Of a DNA stretch of 38,802 nt, positions 34,581 through 38,802 are shown piece by piece (positions within the stretch are counted from its first letter, which is position 1; each line of letters begins with the position of its first letter). Source of the DNA: Clostridia bacterium (GTDB lineage: Bacteria; Bacillota; Clostridia; Oscillospirales; CAG-272). A program made the translations under genes and the position numbers. The notes beneath the pieces were generated by a model. The model made no database searches and was not told where the DNA came from. It worked only from the letters and a program-made list of their open reading frames with translations. The stretch lies in contig JAFQAM010000197.1 of the NCBI GenBank assembly GCA_017416885.1, forward strand, positions 1 through 38,802, read 5' to 3'.

Positions 34581-34686
34581 TTGCACAATCAAATTCTGAA
34601 AACTATTAGAAATTTGTTGATTGTGTGAAAAAATCTGTTCAAAAATGAAAATTGTGTGAACGAAGCTTGAAAAATCCATTCACAAT
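34581..34686. promoter_or_regulatory. Cluster of ATTGTG(TG)AA motifs upstream of the lipoprotein operon
   Basis: ATTGTGTGAA occurs at 34620-34629 and 34651-34660. The inverted copy TTCACAAT lies at 34679-34686. The inverted partial copy cacaatcaa (34584-34592) pairs with ttgattgtg (34617-34625). Confidence 0.5.
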
Positions 34687-34746
34687 GTGAAATTCTCAAA
34701 AATCTGTGATATTATGAAAACAGAAAGAGGAAAGGAGATTTCAAAA

Positions 34747-37488
34747 ATGAAAAAGATTATACTTATTTTTGTAGCAATAATTTCTTTAGCGCTACTGTCA
34801 TCTTGTATTAAAATCTATATGCCTGAAAATCCGTCAGACAGTAGTAACACACAGGTTGACACCGACACACAGGTAGATATCAAGGATGATGACAAGACTC
34901 AAAACAACGAGCTTGAAATTACCCGCATATCTGCAAATAAAAATGTATATCAGTCATACAATTTAGGCAAATATTACGGGAGCGGCTTTAATACTGAATT
35001 GCCTACGCCGTTAGGAAAAGCAGAATACGAAATCATCCAAACCTACGAGGAGCTGAAAAAAGATACTGACTACGGCTCACAGGTTGACAAAGCGCTATTT
35101 GAGGAAAATTACATTTTAGCCGTTAGATTTCCTCATAGTGCCGATAAAAAGGGCTTAATCGGCTTTAAGGACCTTCGTAAAGGTACGGCGGGCTGCTTCG
35201 TAACATTAGTATGTAACGGCACATCAGTTTCCCAAAATGAATACTTTTATTACCAAGTGCCAAAAGATGAGCTTCTTAATTGGGAAAGCTCAGGCGCTAT
35301 TGAATTAAGGAAAGAGCAGGTAAGCTATGTTAATTCAATCCAAATAGAAGCATCAACTAAGCTTATGGATAAAGACGGCGATATACTTCTTCTTTCAAGC
35401 CACGAGCTAATGGATTTTATTAATGTAAATAACCTTTCAGTAAAAATTACAAATCCATCTGCCCCATACTATATTGTATGCTATTCAAGAAGGCTTTTTG
35501 ATAAAGCTCCATCATTCTTAGAGCCAACTATAAGTGAAAGCACAATTAAGCTTACAAGAGATTACAGCGTAGCATATCACAAAACAGAAAGCGCATATCT
35601 TGATTTAATTCCACTTAATATAGACGATATATCTACAATAAATAAAATAGAAATGACCTCTGAATTAATTGGAAGCAGCGAATATTTCAAGCTTGATTAT
35701 CAAGTAGATAACACATTAAAAACGCCTTATGATATTGTAGATTTCTATAAATCCTTCCACGGCGGAGTTTATTATGGCGCCGAGCTTAAAAATCAGCAAA
35801 GCTCATCCTATACCGTAATAGAAAGCTACCGTGAGCTTTTAGATAAAGCAGAATTTTATGTAGATGAGGAAATCTTTAAGGATAACTATGTTCTTGTCCT
35901 TAAATTAGTAGGCGCAGAGCGTAACCGACTTGGCTTTGCTAACGCACATATAGGTCTTATAGATGCTATGGAAGGCGCTCTTAGCGGATATGTTGATATT
36001 GATTTGTATGTAACTCCTCTTTACGAATCTATCATAAACGGAAGCTCTAACAGTCTTTCCGATAAGGAAGAAATTCTTGATGAGCCAAGCGAATATATTC
36101 CAAGAGTAGAATATGAATATATTATTGTACCAAAATCAGATTTAAGAAGCGTTGCAAAAACAGGCACTCTGAATATAAATACCAAGGATACCTTTAAAAG
36201 CACGGTTCAGCCAAGCATAACAAAAAAATACTTTAATGCTGACGGCTTTAATATATTGCCCGGTTATACATGGCGCATTACAACAAAGCTTGAAATGGAA
36301 GACTTTAATAATAAGTATGGTACTAACTTCATTACAACAAATATCGGTGCAAAGTATAATAGAGAATACATTATAGTATATTTAGAGGATGAATACGATA
36401 TTATTCAAACATCATTAAGCGAAAATAATAACAGTATGTATCTTTCGTACCTCATTAGAGGAGCAAAAGAGTTTAACGGTCATAACGGTCAATATACAGG
36501 ATATTTCCTGCGCATTGAGAGGGACGCCGAGGATGCCTTTAATAGACTAAATATTAAATGCACATTAATTGCCTCAGTTGGCACACAGAAATCATATAGT
36601 GTGGAAAAGGAAATAAAGCCTTATGACCATTATGAAATGAAAATAAGCTATGCTGATGAAATTGACTTTAAATATCTTGTTTTAACCGATTACACTCAAT
36701 TTGAGGAGCTTTTTAACGAGTACAGCGAATATGAATACGATATTATCGCCCCTGATAAGGTATTTGCTCCGTCAACCTTTGAAAATAACTGTGTAGTTGT
36801 TTTCCCGGGATATTATGATGACATAAATACCTATTACAATGCAAGAATAGGTGGAAACGGAGCTCTTTATCTCTATGCATATGAGAATATAGGTTATCTT
36901 GAAGAGATACAATATAAAATGCTTACATTTATTTCCATTCCAAAGGATGATTTATCCAAGCCAATAAACGGAATAAAAATTCAATACACCAAGGAGCCTG
37001 TATTTAATGGCGTATTTGAGCATGTAACTGTGTCATCTACAAATTCAGCCGATGTAAAGTTAGAGCAAAAATTTGTCTTAATTAATTCAGAAAATCAGCT
37101 GAATGAAATCCTTCCGAATTTTAAGGACTACAAAAAGCTTCAAAATGTCGATTTTGAAAATAACTTCATTTTAGCATTTAACAGAGGCTATTTTACAAAT
37201 GTAGGATATCTGTACGGCGATTTTGTGAACTTTAAAACCGATGCAAACGGTAATGCCTATATCACCTTTATGCAGGAAAATCAAAAGTGGATTAACACAG
37301 GCATTCGCAACTATACTCTTGATTTAGTTATTATCCCAAGAGAATATTTAAAGCACGAAATCAGTTATTTGTATTATCACAGCGCGCTCTATTCAGCTCC
37401 ATTTGAAAAATCTGAGCTTGACCGTCTTGAAAATTTTCTTGATTATCCCGATATATTATATCCCGAAATTCCGGAAAGCTTAGAGTGA
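34747..37488 (+). CDS. Large modular lipoprotein of unknown function
   Basis: The track ORF starts at 34687. The ATG at 34747 follows AAGGAG and gives MKKIILIFVAIISLALLSSC, a lipoprotein signal with lipobox LSSC. The mature protein of about 890 aa contains three to four divergent copies of a module whose core is Y-x-(I/V)I-x-(S/T)Y-x-EL ... F-x-(E/D)N(Y/F)(I/V)L. Confidence 0.7.
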   Translation: MKKIILIFVAIISLALLSSCIKIYMPENPSDSSNTQVDTDTQVDIKDDDKTQNNELEITRISANKNVYQSYNLGKYYGSGFNTELPTPLGKAEYEIIQTYEELKKDTDYGSQVDKALFEENYILAVRFPHSADKKGLIGFKDLRKGTAGCFVTLVCNGTSVSQNEYFYYQVPKDELLNWESSGAIELRKEQVSYVNSIQIEASTKLMDKDGDILLLSSHELMDFINVNNLSVKITNPSAPYYIVCYSRRLFDKAPSFLEPTISESTIKLTRDYSVAYHKTESAYLDLIPLNIDDISTINKIEMTSELIGSSEYFKLDYQVDNTLKTPYDIVDFYKSFHGGVYYGAELKNQQSSSYTVIESYRELLDKAEFYVDEEIFKDNYVLVLKLVGAERNRLGFANAHIGLIDAMEGALSGYVDIDLYVTPLYESIINGSSNSLSDKEEILDEPSEYIPRVEYEYIIVPKSDLRSVAKTGTLNINTKDTFKSTVQPSITKKYFNADGFNILPGYTWRITTKLEMEDFNNKYGTNFITTNIGAKYNREYIIVYLEDEYDIIQTSLSENNNSMYLSYLIRGAKEFNGHNGQYTGYFLRIERDAEDAFNRLNIKCTLIASVGTQKSYSVEKEIKPYDHYEMKISYADEIDFKYLVLTDYTQFEELFNEYSEYEYDIIAPDKVFAPSTFENNCVVVFPGYYDDINTYYNARIGGNGALYLYAYENIGYLEEIQYKMLTFISIPKDDLSKPINGIKIQYTKEPVFNGVFEHVTVSSTNSADVKLEQKFVLINSENQLNEILPNFKDYKKLQNVDFENNFILAFNRGYFTNVGYLYGDFVNFKTDANGNAYITFMQENQKWINTGIRNYTLDLVIIPREYLKHEISYLYYHSALYSAPFEKSELDRLENFLDYPDILYPEIPESLE

Positions 37489-37513
37489 AAAGGATAACGA
37501 AAGGAGAATAAAA

Positions 37514-38464
37514 ATGTTAAGGTTTAAAAATTATATTTTAATTCTCATATCCGTAATTTTAATTTTTGCACTTGCATCCTGTTCAAATAATGCAAGCGCC
37601 GACACAGACAGTGAGAATATCCCGAGCGATACCGATACAAGCACCTCACTGCCTGATAAGCTTAAAATTTCCTATGAATCAGAAAGACTTGATATATATC
37701 CCTCATATAAATTAGGCGAATATTTCGGCAACGGCTTTAAAAAAGAAATCACCTGTGATTTAGTGGGGCATGCCCAATACGAAATTATGCAGGATTACGA
37801 GGAAACCGCCGAAAGCACAACCTATGGCGCGGATATAGATGAAAAGCTATTTGAAACCCACTATATTTTAGCATTAAGATTTTTATATAGCCCCGATAAC
37901 ATAGGGCTTATAGGAATAAATAGCTTTAATAAGGGAGAAGCGCGTATAATCGCCAATGCATTATATAGCGCAAACGGAAACTTAGATGAAGAGGATTACT
38001 ATTATTACTATATTGCCGTTCCAATCAAGGACCTTGAAAATTGGAGTGATGAGGGTGAAATAGAAATAAGAAAAAGCAGTATTGATTATATCGGCACTAA
38101 CACTGTTGTGTTAGATTATACCTATGAGGATGCAAACGGATATACTCGGCTTTTAACAAAAAATCAGCTTGAAAATTATATAGAAGAAAATAATATACCT
38201 ATCCGCATTGAAGCTATTGGCAAAACCGATAATTATATTATTCATATATCCAAGGGACGATTTAATTATAAGCCGTCTGTTATGAAGCCGACTTATGAAA
38301 ACGGCGAAATTAAGCTGACAGTAGATTACAGTATCTCTTATCATAAGGCAGAAAAATCATACCTGAGCATTATTGCTCTTAACAATAACCTTATACCCAA
38401 AATTGATGATGTAAAAAATATCACAGTAACGCTTCGCGAAATAAAATCTGGCGTTTTGTCATAA
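37514..38464 (+). CDS. Lipoprotein, single-module paralogue of the preceding gene
   Basis: 316 aa. The signal and lipobox are ILIFALASC. It aligns with residues ~75-335 of the 933-aa protein (AQYEIMQDYEE...LFETHYILALRF versus AEYEIIQTYEE...LFEENYILAVRF; YHKAEKSYLSIIAL versus YHKTESAYLDLIPL). A GGAG RBS is present. Confidence 0.75.
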   Translation: MLRFKNYILILISVILIFALASCSNNASADTDSENIPSDTDTSTSLPDKLKISYESERLDIYPSYKLGEYFGNGFKKEITCDLVGHAQYEIMQDYEETAESTTYGADIDEKLFETHYILALRFLYSPDNIGLIGINSFNKGEARIIANALYSANGNLDEEDYYYYYIAVPIKDLENWSDEGEIEIRKSSIDYIGTNTVVLDYTYEDANGYTRLLTKNQLENYIEENNIPIRIEAIGKTDNYIIHISKGRFNYKPSVMKPTYENGEIKLTVDYSISYHKAEKSYLSIIALNNNLIPKIDDVKNITVTLREIKSGVLS

Positions 38465-38802
38465 AGTTTATATATAATTTCAGCTAAAAATTTAGTAGAT
38501 AAATAACTGTCGTGTACCAAAAAAGGGTCATATGTATTGAGATTTTGCATCATTGCAGATAGAGAAGTAGCTGTACCGCTGATTGCAATATATTCGTCAC
38601 ATTTAAGTTTTTCGTACTCTGTAACTTTTTTGCGTAAAAATTCACGCATGGCACAAACGTCATTGCCAAATTTATCTTTAATTCTTACGACACCGTATGG
38701 CAGGCTTTTTGAATAATAAATATTTCCGTCTTTTCCCGCGGCAATTTCGCTACTTGCGCCACCAACGTCAATAATTCCTTTGTTGCCGGTATTACCGCAA
38801 GC
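38341..38802 (-). CDS. Ppx/GppA-family phosphatase, window-truncated at its 5' end and apparently with a non-native 3' end
   Basis: The reverse strand is open in frame from the window end (154 codons): ...GIIDVGGASSEIAAGKDGNIYYSKSLPYGVVRI...YIAISGTATSLSAMMQNL... These are the ASKHA-fold Ppx/GppA motifs. The last ~41 codons (38341-38464) are antisense to the well-supported end of the 37514 lipoprotein gene. Confidence 0.6.
   Translation of the reverse strand, partial: ACGNTGNKGIIDVGGASSEIAAGKDGNIYYSKSLPYGVVRIKDKFGNDVCAMREFLRKKVTEYEKLKCDEYIAISGTATSLSAMMQNLNTYDPFLVHDSYLSTKFLAEIIYKLYDKTPDFISRSVTVIFFTSSILGIRLLLRAIMLRYDFSAL

Noticed and set aside
38153-38649. Track ORFs 38153-38344 (-) and 38341-38649 (-) as independent genes
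   Set aside because: 38341-38649 is only the Met-initiated inner part of the longer Ppx/GppA frame, which is open to the window end. 38153-38344 is antisense to the lipoprotein gene.

Overview
AT-rich Firmicutes chromosome segment, Clostridia-like and from a spore-former (spoIVA and a ytvI-like gene are present). The housekeeping backbone comprises asnA, a DMT/EamA permease, tRNA-Leu(TAG), an SGNH hydrolase, spoIVA, an amidohydrolase, a CorC/HlyC-type transporter, a HAD hydrolase, a complete pstS-pstC-pstA-pstB-phoU-phoP-phoR operon, a cyclophilin, ytvI and trpS. I found no transposase, integrase, CRISPR array or rRNA. Several accessory or unexplained elements lie between the core genes. (1) Intergenic tandem arrays of short perfect mini-hairpins occur at four sites between 2.5 and 13.1 kb; the stems vary with compensatory changes, many loops are C-GNA-G, and the hairpins are separated by a locus-specific constant 7-10 nt spacer. 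I cannot place these arrays in any repeat family I recognise. (2) An iteron-like 4x repeat and an orphan four-helix-bundle (23S-IVS-type) gene lie downstream of the tRNA. (3) A frameshifted DUF2726 nuclease-like gene sits next to a zinc-ribbon/TM2 gene. (4) An XRE-associated operon encodes two paralogous double-zinc-ribbon proteins and an SPFH(YdjI-like)-GYF protein. (5) A second XRE regulator is divergent from a three-gene envelope operon of unknown function. (6) A divergent pair of BspA-type LRR exoprotein and AraC regulator is tandemly duplicated. It is followed by two modular paralogous lipoproteins that overlap a probably 3'-truncated ppx/gppA gene. All calls come from reading the sequence and the ORF translations; no database search was run.
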